A stretch of 64,000 nucleotides of DNA, from positions 98,012 through 162,011 of the IMG/VR virus record IMGVR_UViG_3300008267_000003; one strand, 5' to 3'. The DNA comes from a virus. The position numbers and the translations under genes were made by a program. Shown here in pieces: positions 48,143-57,754 of this stretch. The notes beneath the pieces are model-generated. The model was given only the letters and a program-made list of their open reading frames with translations. It did not search any database and was not told the origin of the DNA. Every line of letters starts with the position of its first letter. Within the stretch, counting starts at the first letter, position 1.

Positions 48143-48549
48143 CCTGGCTATATAATAATGAAGAGTTTAGTGAACTTCCTGAAAACTATTATGGTTTTGT
48201 GTACTTAATAACAAACAACTCCTCTGGTAAAAAATACTTTGGTAAGAAGCTCTTCTATTCTCAGAAACAAAGACAAGTCAAGGGAAAGAAGAAAAAGTAC
48301 AAGGTTGAATCTGATTGGAAATTGTATTATGGTTCCAATGAAGAACTAGCTAATGATGTCAGTCAGAACGGTGTAGAAGCATTCACAAAAGTCATATTGA
48401 AGCTCTGTAGGACGAAGGGTGAGTGCTCCTATTTTGAAGCTAAATATCAATTTGAAAACGATGTTCTCTTACATCCAGAACTGTATTATAATTCTTGGGT
48501 ACAGTGTAAAATACATCGTAAACATTTAAAATTGTCAGACGCAGGGTAG
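48139..48549 (+). CDS. GIY-YIG-like endonuclease domain protein
   Basis: GFVYLITN...KKYFGKK, YYGS, YFEAK. Confidence 0.75.
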   Translation: MTWLYNNEEFSELPENYYGFVYLITNNSSGKKYFGKKLFYSQKQRQVKGKKKKYKVESDWKLYYGSNEELANDVSQNGVEAFTKVILKLCRTKGECSYFEAKYQFENDVLLHPELYYNSWVQCKIHRKHLKLSDAG

Positions 48550-48614
48550 CGCAGCGGTAGAGCGCGGGACTCATAATCCCGAGGTCGGAGGTTCGATTCC
48601 TTCCCCTGCAACCA
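48540..48614 (+). tRNA. tRNA with CAU anticodon (Met/fMet/Ile2 identity ambiguous), CCA encoded
   Basis: Cloverleaf: CGCAGGG/CCCTGCA acceptor, CGGGA-CTCATAA-TCCCG, GGAGG-TTCGATT-CCTTC, ACCA. Confidence 0.92.
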
Positions 48615-48620
48615 AACACT

Positions 48621-49475
48621 ATGGAAAATCCAATTGCTCAAGCCAGCGCACGTCATGGCAACTTTCTCTTCTTTCGTAACGATGATCCAATTGGAGCATG
48701 CCTTCACCACTATGGTGAATGGGCTCAGCAAGAGTTAGATCTATTTGACATGATTCTAACAGAGCACTCCTCTGTAGCCGACATAGGAGCAAACATCGGT
48801 ACTCACTCCGTGTTCTTTTCTAAAAAAGCTAATAAGGGTAAGCTCATCTGCTTTGAACCTCAAATTTATATCTTTGAGCTGCTTTGTGCGAATCTACTTT
48901 TCAATGGTTGCTACAATGTTATTCCTGTCAATGCTGCCTTATCAAATAAAGCATCTCGACAGCGCATGGTCAACTTCAATCCTTTTGTTGAAAATAAAAT
49001 AAACTATGGTGAGTTTAAAATTAACAACCATGATGACAAAGGGATTGTAACAGCTGTTCAAACTCTTGACAGTTATATTGACACATACAGGTTTGATTTA
49101 ATTAAGATGGATGTTGAAGGTCATGAAGTGGAAGCACTTGATGGTGCTAAGAAGATAATCAAAAAGCACAAACCAGCAATGTATATTGAATACAATAGTG
49201 ACTTAGGTAATGAGGAATTACTTCAGGTACTTGAGAAAAGTGGTTACAATTGCTACTGGCATGTTTATACCAAACACAACCCTAAGAACTTTAATAACAA
49301 AACTCAAGATGTATGGTGTGAAGAGAGCTTAATTATAGACAAGAACACATATCATAAGAAGTATGAAGGCAATCTACTTTGTGTTCATCGTGATAGTCCC
49401 CAACCTTCAGGTCTACCGTTGTTGCAAGATCAAAGAAACCTTCTTCAATTTCTGACCCATGTTGGAGCATTTTAA
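48621..49475 (+). CDS. FkbM-family methyltransferase
   Basis: DIGANIGTHS, FEPQ, IKMDVEGHE. Confidence 0.88.
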   Translation: MENPIAQASARHGNFLFFRNDDPIGACLHHYGEWAQQELDLFDMILTEHSSVADIGANIGTHSVFFSKKANKGKLICFEPQIYIFELLCANLLFNGCYNVIPVNAALSNKASRQRMVNFNPFVENKINYGEFKINNHDDKGIVTAVQTLDSYIDTYRFDLIKMDVEGHEVEALDGAKKIIKKHKPAMYIEYNSDLGNEELLQVLEKSGYNCYWHVYTKHNPKNFNNKTQDVWCEESLIIDKNTYHKKYEGNLLCVHRDSPQPSGLPLLQDQRNLLQFLTHVGAF

Positions 49476-50239
49476 TCTTCACAATTGACCCATTTTAAGT
49501 TACTGTAGTGACTATAAGGCCAAGTACCTTTTGGTATCAAGCAAGTACCCAGTTCTGGTTTTTCTGTCTTTCTTATCTCAACAACTGACCATACTAAAAT
49601 AATAAAATATAAAACAGCGACGAATACAATACTCCATCTAGTTATTTTACTTTTTATTCTTTTGTTTCTTGCAGCTCTTTTCTCAGCTTTTATTTTATCT
49701 TCAGCTCTTTTTCTTGAAATGGCAATTGCTTGCTCTTTTTTAATACGCTCCATCATTGTTTCTGTTCTTGTGTACAGATCACCTAATTCTGGAGGACACT
49801 GGTATACCATTATTTCACGTAGTTCATCCTTCATTGCTTGGAGGCGACTTATCATTAGAACTCTTTGTAGAGCTCGTTTGCCTATGCTAACATTACCTGT
49901 GTATACATCGAAAGCATGTTTCTCTTCCTCTTCGAAGATAGCCATACATGTTGCATAGTTTTCAAAATACGTACCTAATTCTTCACCAATTTGAGTAAAT
50001 ATGTCATCGGGTTGTTTTTTACTCAACTCGATAATACGGTTCTTCTCCTCAATATACTGATTCTTTTCAGCTACTGATGGAGGCTTGTCTTTATGTCTTT
50101 CTGTGAATTGCTCTTCTAGATCATTAAGTATACCTTTAACATCACCTGCTGCGGATTGTATTTCTTTATAGAGAGCACACCCTTTTTTAACGGCAGCTAC
50201 TGCTCCGTTTGCTAATGCAAAAAGCGTTAGTGGATCCAT
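49472..50239 (-). CDS. Helical protein with a C-terminal TM
   Basis: MDPLTLFALANGAVAAVKKG...; long intact minus-strand ORF. Confidence 0.8.
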   Translation of the reverse strand: MDPLTLFALANGAVAAVKKGCALYKEIQSAAGDVKGILNDLEEQFTERHKDKPPSVAEKNQYIEEKNRIIELSKKQPDDIFTQIGEELGTYFENYATCMAIFEEEEKHAFDVYTGNVSIGKRALQRVLMISRLQAMKDELREIMVYQCPPELGDLYTRTETMMERIKKEQAIAISRKRAEDKIKAEKRAARNKRIKSKITRWSIVFVAVLYFIILVWSVVEIRKTEKPELGTCLIPKGTWPYSHYSNLKWVNCED

Positions 50240-50271
50240 TTAATTCTGAGAATAACAACATTAAAACTAAA

Positions 50272-50499
50272 TTACTTGAAACGAGTGACCAATTTCATAT
50301 TTTCTGCTAGGTTTTTGACATACTCATCAGCATCATTTAACACGGGAGTCCAAAATCCATAAGTTAAATCATTCAGTGCTTTGGTATAATGAAGAAAGCC
50401 GTTACGCTTTAAATTGATAAATTCACAAACAAATTGTTGATTTTTTTCTATAACTTCCGTTATAGTGATGGGTGTGTACTGCGGTAACAAGTGGAACAT
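50272..50499 (-). CDS. Small hypothetical protein
   Basis: Start reassigned to MFHLLPQ after an AAGGA SD; GATAAATA late-like site at 50519-50526 (-). Confidence 0.6.
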   Translation of the reverse strand: MFHLLPQYTPITITEVIEKNQQFVCEFINLKRNGFLHYTKALNDLTYGFWTPVLNDADEYVKNLAENMKLVTRFK

Positions 50500-50541
50500 T
50501 TTGTCCTTTTTTTTCAAGTATTTATCTATTATAGCGCGCAA

Positions 50542-51291
50542 ATGAAAACAGTTTTTATATTTGATGTTGATGGAACTCTGACGCCTAGCCGAGAACCTAT
50601 GGACTCTCAGTTTCGCAAGTGGTTCAAATCATGGGTTAAACGAGGTGGCAAGGAAGTTTACTTTGCGACTGGTAGTGACTACCCCAAGACCCAGGAACAA
50701 CTTGGTAACGACGTTCTGGACCTGGCTAATGCTGTGTTCTCATGTGCCGGAAATGCTATATACTCGAAGGGTGATCTCAAGTATCAAAGCAAGTGGACTT
50801 TGAAAGAGCCTCAGATCCAGTGGTTGAATGAACAACTGCAGAAGAGTTTGTTTACTGGTAAGACTGGAAGACATATTGAAAACCGCATTGGACTAGTCAA
50901 TTTTAGTATTGTTGGAAGAGCTGCAGATAAAGAGCAGCGTGCCAAGTATGTTGAATATGACCGAAAGACCGGTGAACGTGCCAGTATTGCTAAAGAGTTT
51001 AATAAGAGATTCAGTCATATTGCAATTGCTCAGGTAGCTGGTGAAACTGGTATTGACATAATGGAACCTGGAAAAGATAAAGGGCAGATTGCTCAATACT
51101 TCAATGAACCAAACCTCCATGTTTACTTTTTTGGTGATCAGATGGACTTTGGAGGTAATGACTGGCCACTTGGTACATCATTAAAAGAGTTGTATACACC
51201 ATATATAATCAAACGAAGTGAAGCAACAACCGTGAAAGTGAAGAGTTGGAAAGACACTTGGAATTATCTACAAAAAATGGAGAATAAATAA
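50542..51291 (+). CDS. HAD-IIB phosphomannomutase-like enzyme
   Basis: FDVDGTLTPSR, TGSD, NFSIVGR, FFGD...GGND. Confidence 0.85.
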   Translation: MKTVFIFDVDGTLTPSREPMDSQFRKWFKSWVKRGGKEVYFATGSDYPKTQEQLGNDVLDLANAVFSCAGNAIYSKGDLKYQSKWTLKEPQIQWLNEQLQKSLFTGKTGRHIENRIGLVNFSIVGRAADKEQRAKYVEYDRKTGERASIAKEFNKRFSHIAIAQVAGETGIDIMEPGKDKGQIAQYFNEPNLHVYFFGDQMDFGGNDWPLGTSLKELYTPYIIKRSEATTVKVKSWKDTWNYLQKMENK

Positions 51292-51461
51292 TGAAGGCCA
51301 CAAGTACTTTTAACATGAGTAAAGAAACTAAACGAGTACTAGCTACTCTTGATGGTCAGAACAAAGCTGACTATAAAAACCTCATGATTAAAGCTCAGCT
51401 AGCTTACGAGCAGGCTAAGAGAGAAACTTTTAAACAATCAAGAAGTTCAGGTGAAGAATAA
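51291..51461 (+). CDS. Small hypothetical protein (not in the track)
   Basis: TAATG coupling at both ends, GGAG SD. Confidence 0.7.
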   Translation: MKATSTFNMSKETKRVLATLDGQNKADYKNLMIKAQLAYEQAKRETFKQSRSSGEE

Positions 51462-52408
51462 TGGAAGTTAATGAATTGTCAAAGAATGCAAAGGGTGGTA
51501 CCGAGTTGATGCTCGATTCTTTGCACAAAAACCTACCCGAAGATCTCCTCCAATACTTTCAAATCATACCTTCTCGTGTCAGAGAGGTAGATGACTCTAA
51601 GATTAAAATTTACTGGTTGCATGACCTACCAGGTGATCCAGAATCTGAGCACCTGAAGAATGGTGGATGGAATAAATTTGATAAACTTGTATTTGTTTCT
51701 AACTGGCAGATGCAAGCCTATCAGAAACATTACGGTCTACCATGGTACAAGTGTGTAGTACTACACAACGCTATTGAACCAATTCCATTTGTTGAAAAGC
51801 CAAAAGATAAAATCAAACTTATCTATCATACCACCCCTCATCGTGGTTTGAATATTCTCGTATCGATGTTTGATGCGCTTGTACAGAAGTACCCTAACAA
51901 AGATATTGAACTAGATGTATACTCTAGCTTTAAGATATATGGTTGGGAGCAGCGTGATGAGCCATACAAAGAGGTATTTAATTTCTGTAGGAACCATCCA
52001 AAGATTAACTATCATGGATCTGTTCCTAACCACGAGATAAGAGAAGCACTACAACAAGCTCACATATACGCATATCCAAACATCTGGCAAGAGACTTCCT
52101 GTATATCGTTGATGGAGGCAATGTCAGCTGGTTTGGTCTGTATCCATCCTAACTATGCTGCATTGTATGAGACAGCTGCTAACTGGACTCAGATGTACCA
52201 GTGGCAGGACAATCAACGTGATCACGCTAAAACCTTGTTAGACTTGACTTCTGCAACAATAGAGATGTATAATGATGATTCTGTACAGAACATGATTAAA
52301 GCTCAGAAGTACTATGCAGATATGTTTTACAGTTGGGAAGGTAGGAAGGCTCAGTGGTTCAATCTTCTAACAGCTTTACTTAAAGAGCATCGAAGAATAG
52401 ATTATTAA
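51461..52408 (+). CDS. GT-B (GT4-like) glycosyltransferase
   Basis: GGTE, PHRGL, ETSCISLMEAMSAG. Confidence 0.88.
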   Translation: MEVNELSKNAKGGTELMLDSLHKNLPEDLLQYFQIIPSRVREVDDSKIKIYWLHDLPGDPESEHLKNGGWNKFDKLVFVSNWQMQAYQKHYGLPWYKCVVLHNAIEPIPFVEKPKDKIKLIYHTTPHRGLNILVSMFDALVQKYPNKDIELDVYSSFKIYGWEQRDEPYKEVFNFCRNHPKINYHGSVPNHEIREALQQAHIYAYPNIWQETSCISLMEAMSAGLVCIHPNYAALYETAANWTQMYQWQDNQRDHAKTLLDLTSATIEMYNDDSVQNMIKAQKYYADMFYSWEGRKAQWFNLLTALLKEHRRIDY

Positions 52409-52409
52409 A

Positions 52410-53261
52410 ATGATTATTGTTGACTTCAACCAAATCTGTATCTCTAACTTGATGATGCAGATTGGTAATCACACTAACCTTGTCTTTGAGGAGGGCCTTG
52501 TTCGTCACATGGTCCTCAACTCACTACGTTTATACAACCAGAAGTTTGGGAAGATATACGGACACATGGTCATAGCATGTGATGATAAGAATTACTGGCG
52601 TAAACAAATATTCCCTTACTACAAGGCTGGTCGTAAGAAGACTAGAGATGAAAGTGATATTGACTGGCCAGTTGTATTTGATACACTGAACAGGATTAGA
52701 GACGAGATCAAACAGCATCTTCCCTTCACTGTTGTTCAGGTAGACAATTGTGAAGCGGATGACATTATTGCAACTATATGTCTTAACACTAAAGAAGATG
52801 TATTGATTCTATCTGCAGATAAAGACTTTATTCAGCTACACAGTGAAAGAGTTATTCAGTTTGATCCTATTCGTAAACGCAACGTTCAAGTAGAGGATCC
52901 TAAACAGTATTTGAAAGAGTTGGTTATCAAAGGAGATAGTGGAGATGGGATTCCTAATGCTTTGTCTAGTGGTGATAGTTTTGTGGAAGGTATCCGTCAA
53001 AAAGCGATAGCAAAGAAGAAGCTAGCTGAATGGCTAGACATGAGTTGGGATCAACTATATAATGATGTACCCGAACTAAAAGTTGGTTTGGAAAGAAATA
53101 AGAAGTTGATTTGCCTGACAGAAATACCTGATCACATATCTTCAAGGATATGGCAAGAGTTTCAGACTCAGTTCGAAACTCCTAAGAAGGTAAATATAGT
53201 TGGATATCTTCAACAATTTAAACTTAAAACACTGATGGAACACGCTGGGGATTTTACATGA
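52410..53261 (+). CDS. rnh: T4-type RNase H (5'-3' exonuclease)
   Basis: YWRKQIFPYYKAGR, EADDII, SADKDFIQL, GDSGDGIPN. Confidence 0.94.
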   Translation: MIIVDFNQICISNLMMQIGNHTNLVFEEGLVRHMVLNSLRLYNQKFGKIYGHMVIACDDKNYWRKQIFPYYKAGRKKTRDESDIDWPVVFDTLNRIRDEIKQHLPFTVVQVDNCEADDIIATICLNTKEDVLILSADKDFIQLHSERVIQFDPIRKRNVQVEDPKQYLKELVIKGDSGDGIPNALSSGDSFVEGIRQKAIAKKKLAEWLDMSWDQLYNDVPELKVGLERNKKLICLTEIPDHISSRIWQEFQTQFETPKKVNIVGYLQQFKLKTLMEHAGDFT

Positions 53262-53674
53262 AATTAGGATTGGCTGAAATACTTAAGAAAGCTTCTGAGT
53301 TTGACAAGAAGCAAGAGCGAATAGACTATCTCTACAGGAATGATTCACATGCACTTAGAGCTATTCTAAAATATGCATATGATCCCAAAGTTAAATTCCT
53401 ATTGCCTGAAGGATCTCCACCATACAAACCTAATGATCTTCCAGATCTTCAAAGTGTTTTGTATAGTGAGCTCAGAAAGCTCTACCTCTTTATTGAGGGT
53501 GGTAACGACAACTTGAAACCAGTTAGGAGAGAGTATCTGTTTGTTCAGCTTCTTGAGAATCTTGACAAGCAAGATGCAGAACTTATCATATCTGTTAAAG
53601 ATAAAAAGATTCCATACAAAGGAATAACTAAGAAGTTTGTTGAAGAATTGTATCCAGGACTATTAGAGGGCTAA
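53258..53674 (+). CDS. Conserved T4-like hypothetical protein
   Basis: LPEGSPPYKPND, RREYLFVQLLENL. Confidence 0.75.
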   Translation: MKLGLAEILKKASEFDKKQERIDYLYRNDSHALRAILKYAYDPKVKFLLPEGSPPYKPNDLPDLQSVLYSELRKLYLFIEGGNDNLKPVRREYLFVQLLENLDKQDAELIISVKDKKIPYKGITKKFVEELYPGLLEG

Positions 53675-53675
53675 G

Positions 53676-53867
53676 ATGGGTAAGACGAACAAGCAGTATC
53701 GTTCACTAGATGAAAAACAACATCACGTATCAAAAGCAATAAAAAAAGAAGTTTCAGAAAAATCAGTCAAGTTCATTGATAAAGCGTTAAAAAATAAACG
53801 CTATGAACAATTTTATGACGACTTGGATTACGAAAGAGAAAAGGAGTATTGGGATGAGCAAAGGTAA
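53676..53867 (+). CDS. Hypothetical protein
   Basis: GAGG SD, intact ORF. Confidence 0.65.
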   Translation: MGKTNKQYRSLDEKQHHVSKAIKKEVSEKSVKFIDKALKNKRYEQFYDDLDYEREKEYWDEQR

Positions 53868-54063
53868 TTGGTTTTGGCATAATCGCTTCATGAGTTGGTT
53901 TGAAGGTAAACTTCTGACATTCACCAATTGGTTTTGGAGGAAACGTCACGAAGCTCCGCAGCAACTATCTCCACCTCAAGAAAAAGCTTCAAGTAAACCT
54001 AGAGCTAGAAAGACTCCAGCCAAGAAGGTTGCTAATAAGACCAACTGGAATGTAAAAGAATAG
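53854..54063 (+). CDS. Hypothetical Trp-rich basic protein
   Basis: AGGAG SD before MSKGNW. Confidence 0.6.
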   Translation: MSKGNWFWHNRFMSWFEGKLLTFTNWFWRKRHEAPQQLSPPQEKASSKPRARKTPAKKVANKTNWNVKE

Positions 54064-54064
54064 T

Positions 54065-54358
54065 ATGCCCATTTACACTTTTAAAGATAGGGATACAGAT
54101 GATATTGTCGAGTTTACTTTACGCATTTCTGATTACGATAACTTTCTCGCCTCTAATCCTAATCTTGAGCGTTATATTGACAATGTTCCTGGACTTGTTA
54201 GCGGGGTCGGAGGAATAAAGACTGACTCTGGATTTAAAGAAGTTCTCTCAAAGATATCAGATGCTCACCCAAACAGCCAATTGGCTGATCGCCACAAAAC
54301 CAAATCAATTAAAGAATCTCAGACAGACAGAGTATTCAATAAACATTTCGGCAAATAA
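54065..54358 (+). CDS. FmdB-like small protein
   Basis: MPIYTFKD..., GFKEVLSKI. Confidence 0.65.
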   Translation: MPIYTFKDRDTDDIVEFTLRISDYDNFLASNPNLERYIDNVPGLVSGVGGIKTDSGFKEVLSKISDAHPNSQLADRHKTKSIKESQTDRVFNKHFGK

Positions 54359-54360
54359 TC

Positions 54361-55017
54361 TTGCGCACAAAGCATTTCACACATAAGCCATTTCCTAAAA
54401 TAGAGATACCTCGAAAGGAAATAGATGGAAAACGCTATTATGTTACTCCAGGCGGTGACCACTATCGTTCTGTTACTACTGTTCTTTCTGCTCTAAGTAA
54501 AGAAGGTATTGATAAGTGGAGAGATAAAATAGGTCATGAGGAAGCCAACCGAATCTCTAACAAGGCATCAACAAGAGGTACTAAACTTCACAACATGATG
54601 GAAGATTATGTTGGTAATGTTGAAGACTTTGCGTTGAACAAAATGCCTTCGACCACTTCGTTATTTCTTGATTTACAGCCATATGTTGACAATAATGTTG
54701 AAGAGGTGTATGGTATTGAATATCCACTGTATTCAGATCGGTTGAAAGCTGCAGGAACTTCTGATCTTATATGCATGTATAATGGTAAGCCTACCATTCT
54801 TGACTATAAGACAGCTAACAAACCGAAGCAGGAAAAGTGGATTAAGAACTATTTTATACAGTCAACAGCATACTCGATGATGGTAAAAGAGAGATATGAC
54901 TTTGATATTGAGCAGATTGTGATTATGATTGCTGTGGATAACGATAATCCACAGATCTTTGTGAAAGATCCAAATGAGTTTGTCAAAGAAACTATCCATA
55001 TTTTTGATACCTATTAG
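54361..55017 (+). CDS. PD-(D/E)xK exonuclease (TTG start)
   Basis: SVTTVL, RGTKLH, AGTSDLI, ILDYKT, YFIQSTAY. Confidence 0.88.
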   Translation: MRTKHFTHKPFPKIEIPRKEIDGKRYYVTPGGDHYRSVTTVLSALSKEGIDKWRDKIGHEEANRISNKASTRGTKLHNMMEDYVGNVEDFALNKMPSTTSLFLDLQPYVDNNVEEVYGIEYPLYSDRLKAAGTSDLICMYNGKPTILDYKTANKPKQEKWIKNYFIQSTAYSMMVKERYDFDIEQIVIMIAVDNDNPQIFVKDPNEFVKETIHIFDTY

Positions 55018-55333
55018 TATTATAGGATGCTCCTCTGTTCCCAAAGAGGAGCATGGTTCTATTTTAATGGAAGATGTTATAGTTGAACGAACCACAATGC
55101 GATCAACAACACAAAACCCTAGACCCAAACCTGGAAGCGCTTTAATCAATGGTGATAACATTAGTGTGGGCACCCTTATTGTCAATTCTCCAAACGCAAG
55201 AGTTGATAACTCTCCCAGGTCTTGTAACTGTAGAACCAGTAATAGTTACGAAAAAGACAACGACTCAGATCGTGATGCTAAGCTGTTTGGATCCTATCTT
55301 TTCCTCACTCTCCTGGCAGTCGTAACAAGATAA
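54974..55333 (+). CDS. Putative lipoprotein
   Basis: IIGC lipobox-like motif. Confidence 0.55.
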   Translation: MSLSKKLSIFLIPISIIGCSSVPKEEHGSILMEDVIVERTTMRSTTQNPRPKPGSALINGDNISVGTLIVNSPNARVDNSPRSCNCRTSNSYEKDNDSDRDAKLFGSYLFLTLLAVVTR

Positions 55334-55426
55334 TTACTATTTTATTAACTGTTGACTTTATTATTTAATGTGTTGATGATCGACTTTGTAGTTTGACGTT
55401 ATTATCATTTTATTATGGAGATTCAT

Positions 55427-55948
55427 ATGACAGCAGTTATCAATGCAAAGCAAGTTCTCAAGACCTACGGCATCAAAGGAGAATCCGTTGTCCGAGCTAT
55501 TCAACAAGTTGGTGAAGATATTGGCCTCTCATCAGACCCTCTCGCCTATGCAAACTCTCTTATTTCAGATCTTGGGGGTACTGATCAGTATGATCTTGCT
55601 TCAGCTCGTATTATCGCTAAAGCTCTGGTAGAGCAGGCAATGAACCAGGAAGAGTATGACCGTCCTGAAGCTGTTACTATTGCAGATCAGAAGCTGGAAA
55701 AGATCCGTAAGGATATGCCTTATGTGTTTGCAGAGTCTGAAGCTGCTGAAGATAGTATGTCTTCAACCACTTCTCGTAAGGTCAAGATCAAGTCGGTCAA
55801 GACTAACGACAAGAAGCCTAAGGCTAAAGCCATCTTTGATGCAAACAAAGATAAGACCAACGGTGAGATCGCTCAGATGATTGCAGCTGAGCTTGAGATC
55901 ACATATGCTAACGCATACTACTATGTTTCACGCGTGTTCAAGCGCTAA
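55427..55948 (+). CDS. Hypothetical protein with a C-terminal HTH-like segment
   Basis: GGAG SD, upstream TTGACT promoter, own terminator. Confidence 0.75.
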   Translation: MTAVINAKQVLKTYGIKGESVVRAIQQVGEDIGLSSDPLAYANSLISDLGGTDQYDLASARIIAKALVEQAMNQEEYDRPEAVTIADQKLEKIRKDMPYVFAESEAAEDSMSSTTSRKVKIKSVKTNDKKPKAKAIFDANKDKTNGEIAQMIAAELEITYANAYYYVSRVFKR

Positions 55949-55967
55949 GAGTTAATGCAGTACTTTC

Positions 55968-55993
55968 ACCCTGACTTCGGTCAGGGTTTTTTT
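55968..55993 (+). terminator. Intrinsic terminator (UUCG loop)
   Basis: ACCCTGAC-TTCG-GTCAGGGT followed by a T run. Confidence 0.92.
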
Positions 55994-56014
55994 GTTTCTA
56001 CTATGTGAGGACTT

Positions 56015-56209
56015 ATGTCATTCTTTACACTCTCAGACCGTAACGGTCACTCAATTACATTTAATTCAGAACAGGTCACCCATGTTGCAGATGGTGTTGA
56101 AGAAGGAGCTGGTGTCGCAGTCTATCTTGTTGGTGGTGGATGTGAGATAGTTTCTGAGAACTATCTTGAGGTTGTTGGGATGTTGAAAGGTCTTCACAAT
56201 GGATACTAA
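56015..56209 (+). CDS. Small hypothetical protein
   Basis: GAGG SD. Confidence 0.7.
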   Translation: MSFFTLSDRNGHSITFNSEQVTHVADGVEEGAGVAVYLVGGGCEIVSENYLEVVGMLKGLHNGY

Positions 56210-56429
56210 CGACGAACTGTCTCGTGTCCTAAATAGGATCAAGAAACTTCAAGAGTGGGAAGTTGTTGTTAAAGTACCAGAAGACTTTCAATTCTACGGT
56301 GTAGTACCGTACGACATTAACATCACAAACGGAATTGCTTTTGTTAAAGTGATTGCTGCTACTCTTGAAGAAGCTACGATGAAAGCAAAGAACTATTTCA
56401 ATGGGCCGCAAGAAGAAGATCCGACCTGA
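56199..56429 (+). CDS. Small hypothetical protein
   Basis: Intact overlapping ORF. Confidence 0.65.
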   Translation: MDTNDELSRVLNRIKKLQEWEVVVKVPEDFQFYGVVPYDINITNGIAFVKVIAATLEEATMKAKNYFNGPQEEDPT

Positions 56430-56751
56430 GAAGGAATGTCCAAGATGCGGTACACTTCACATCAAACGAGGAGTGTACTGCAGCTACAGCTGCGCCAACG
56501 TTCGTGAGCATTCTGAAGAGGATAAGCTCAACAAGTCCGTAGCAGTTGCAGCTTACCACAAGACAGAAGAAGCTGAGGAGCATAAATGGAAACTCTCTCA
56601 CATCGCTCGTGCTGCCAGACAATACCAAACAGATTCAACTGTCATCATGCCTACCATAGAAGATATGGAGCCACCACTTCCCCCGCAAGATTATGAAGAA
56701 CATTACCGCGGCAGAGTCTCCGGCAGAGATATTTGGTTTGATGCTGACTAA
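56401..56751 (+). CDS. Zn-finger protein
   Basis: CPRCG...YCSYSCAN. Confidence 0.7.
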   Translation: MGRKKKIRPEKECPRCGTLHIKRGVYCSYSCANVREHSEEDKLNKSVAVAAYHKTEEAEEHKWKLSHIARAARQYQTDSTVIMPTIEDMEPPLPPQDYEEHYRGRVSGRDIWFDAD

Positions 56752-56780
56752 CTCCTTGATTATCCACAAGATCTTTTCTG

Positions 56781-56809
56781 TTGACTTATTTTCACCAGAA
56801 GTCCATAAT
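56781..56809 (+). promoter_or_regulatory. sigma70-type early promoter
   Basis: TTGACT-17-CATAAT. Confidence 0.75.
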
Positions 56810-56839
56810 CTCTATATTAAATAATTAGTTGGAGGTTAC

Positions 56840-57010
56840 ATGATTGATAACATTAATGCAGAGCTGCAGTTGATTGCGCAGGAAGCGTATGATGCTGTGG
56901 TTGACGTTATGTTCGAAGATTACATCGACGAGATATTAGCTAACGAAGAGTTGTTGATGTATGCTACTAACTCGTACGATTGTGATTGCATTTATTATGG
57001 GAAGCAATAA
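56840..57010 (+). CDS. Very acidic 56-aa protein (not in the track)
   Basis: GGAGG SD; 13 D/E versus 1 K. Confidence 0.7.
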   Translation: MIDNINAELQLIAQEAYDAVVDVMFEDYIDEILANEELLMYATNSYDCDCIYYGKQ

Positions 57011-57192
57011 TGCGTAAGAACTCTGGTTACAAATTCTGTATTCACTTTACTCGTAAGTTGTATGGTGGTAAAGTATTGTATCATGATTATGTTCGGTACT
57101 GTGATAGAGAGTCGACAGAGAAGACCGTTGCCTTTTATTTGACTTGTAAGGATATCAAGAATGTTCGTGTAGAATATTCTGGAAATAAATAA
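57010..57192 (+). CDS. Small hypothetical protein
   Basis: TAATG coupling. Confidence 0.6.
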   Translation: MRKNSGYKFCIHFTRKLYGGKVLYHDYVRYCDRESTEKTVAFYLTCKDIKNVRVEYSGNK

Positions 57193-57300
57193 TGAAAACC
57201 GTATTGATAGTGATCGGAGTGATCATTCTGGCTATACTAATGCTTGCTGCTTTCATGGCAGCTGATGCACACATGAACACAGATGAATATGAGGGTAAAG

Positions 57301-57693
57301 ATGAGTAGTTCACAAATTGTATGTAACCGAATCATAACTCCAGATGGTACTGTTCTGCAGTCTCATCATCGACACGACTATAAAGTGTATGTGGATAAGA
57401 ATGGAAGAGAGTACATGGTTGATGGAGGTAATGAATACCTAAGACGCACTGTACATTATGAAGCTCCTTACACTGAGTTCTCTCTGACAGTTGACGATCC
57501 GTACGAGGACGTGCGGCAAGGATTCACGTGGGGCACTCGTGGCAAGGATGGTAAGCAACCACTTACCTGGGTTCCGCTCTGCGACCTTGCGACTGACCAC
57601 ATCATTGCTATTTTAGAAACACAAGAACTTGCTAATTATGTAACAGAATTATTTGAAAAAGAATTGGAATATCGCATAGAGTGCGATGTTTGA
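57301..57693 (+). CDS. Conserved phage hypothetical protein
   Basis: TPDGTVLQSHHRHDY, VDGGNEYLRR, WGTRGKDG. Confidence 0.75.
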   Translation: MSSSQIVCNRIITPDGTVLQSHHRHDYKVYVDKNGREYMVDGGNEYLRRTVHYEAPYTEFSLTVDDPYEDVRQGFTWGTRGKDGKQPLTWVPLCDLATDHIIAILETQELANYVTELFEKELEYRIECDV

Positions 57694-57697
57694 GGTG

Positions 57698-57726
57698 TTG
57701 ACTTAATTTCGTTTGAAATGCATACT
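57698..57726 (+). promoter_or_regulatory. sigma70-type early promoter
   Basis: TTGACT-17-CATACT. Confidence 0.75.
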
Positions 57727-57754
57727 ATCCTTACTGAATTGATGAGGAGGTTAT

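Noticed and set aside
54361-55017. Cas4/CRISPR association of the PD-(D/E)xK exonuclease
   Set aside because: No Fe-S cysteine cluster and no array; ordinary T4-like exonuclease context
56760-56768. Perfect DnaA box TTATCCACA upstream of an early promoter
   Set aside because: Single copy; the same 9-mer occurs on the other strand inside coding regions (38185, 54933, 57390), so chance is sufficient
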